Source of the DNA: Thermostichus sp. DRC_bins_24
Lineage (GTDB): Bacteria; Cyanobacteriota; Cyanobacteriia; Thermostichales; Thermostichaceae
Assembly: GCA_039794845.1 (NCBI GenBank)
Contig: JAUQVK010000052.1
Coordinates: 1 to 39,625 of the forward strand
Direction: 5' to 3'
Length of the DNA stretch: 39,625 nucleotides
Shown piece after piece: positions 39,176 through 39,625 of the stretch (position 1 is its first letter; the number at the start of each line of letters is the position of its first letter). The notes beneath the pieces are model-generated. The model ran no database searches. It was not told the DNA's origin and saw nothing but the letters and a program-made list of their open reading frames with translations. Position numbers and translations under genes: made by a program.

Positions 39176-39625
39176 ATGACTGATCCAGATGCCTCTCTGG
39201 CGCTAGGACGACACACCAAGATCGACCGAACACGGATACCGGCCTTGATCGCCCAATATCTGCCGGTGGAGATCTGCATCTACTATCAGGTCGTGCCGGT
39301 TGCCCTGGATACCGACAGCTTGATCCTGGGCATGGTGGATCCCCAGGACTTGGCGGCGCTGGACTACATCGGTAAAATGCTCGCCTACTCGCAAATTTCG
39401 GTCGAGCCTTTCCCCCTCACCTTTGAGCAGCAGCAAGACCTGATCGCTTACTATTTCAGCCATCCCCCCGATCCAGCTGAGGTGGCTCAACTGCACGCCC
39501 AGGCCCAAGCCAACCGGGTCACCCGAGAGGTACCCACTCCTAAGGCAGGACTGGAGACCCAGATGGCTCCGGCTCCCCCCGTTCCCCCTTCGGCCGGCCA
39601 AACCTCCCCCCCCGCCCCTCCAAGC
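39176..39625 (+). CDS. 5' part of a gene with a GspE/PilB N-terminal-like domain (runs off the window; absent from the ORF track)
   Basis: Manual translation: MTDPDASLALGRHTKIDRTRIPALIAQYLPVEICIYYQVVPVALDTDSLILGMVDPQDLAALDYIGKMLAY... Confidence 0.7.
   Translation, partial: MTDPDASLALGRHTKIDRTRIPALIAQYLPVEICIYYQVVPVALDTDSLILGMVDPQDLAALDYIGKMLAYSQISVEPFPLTFEQQQDLIAYYFSHPPDPAEVAQLHAQAQANRVTREVPTPKAGLETQMAPAPPVPPSAGQTSPPAPPS

Overview
This is a 39.6 kb, gene-dense chromosomal window from a cyanobacterium (rubA, ycf48, ebsA, DUF1830, DUF3110, DUF3318). The GGGATCCC palindrome is everywhere, which points to the hot-spring Thermostichus/Synechococcus OS-A/OS-B' lineage (inference). Most content is core or housekeeping: rubA-ycf48-murG-nth-like, a ClC transporter, map, an SLH protein, an ABC permease, csbD, a GH13/CBM20 amylase, an aldo/keto reductase, tRNA-Asp, a Ser/Thr kinase, alaS, ebsA-cimA, larE-lptD-like, an ABC exporter, recD2, a DegT aminotransferase, GT9, a Ser/Thr dehydratase, tRNA-Leu, an M23 peptidase, birA, pdxJ and the start of a PilB/GspE-N-like gene. 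I see no CRISPR array, prophage or intact transposase, and no clearly new multi-gene system. The most unusual signals are small: (i) a 24-nt double-hairpin micro-element, present once in frame inside the nth-like gene and as a 4x tandem upstream of ebsA, with compensatory stem changes; (ii) a ~150-bp TACAGCCCTT-ended MITE family at three intergenic sites; (iii) a promoter with a perfect CRP box in class II geometry and a perfect NtcA box over the predicted start site; (iv) a probable NtcA-repressed pirA; (v) a gene whose stop codon lies inside an antisense tRNA-Leu; (vi) a decayed tnpB.
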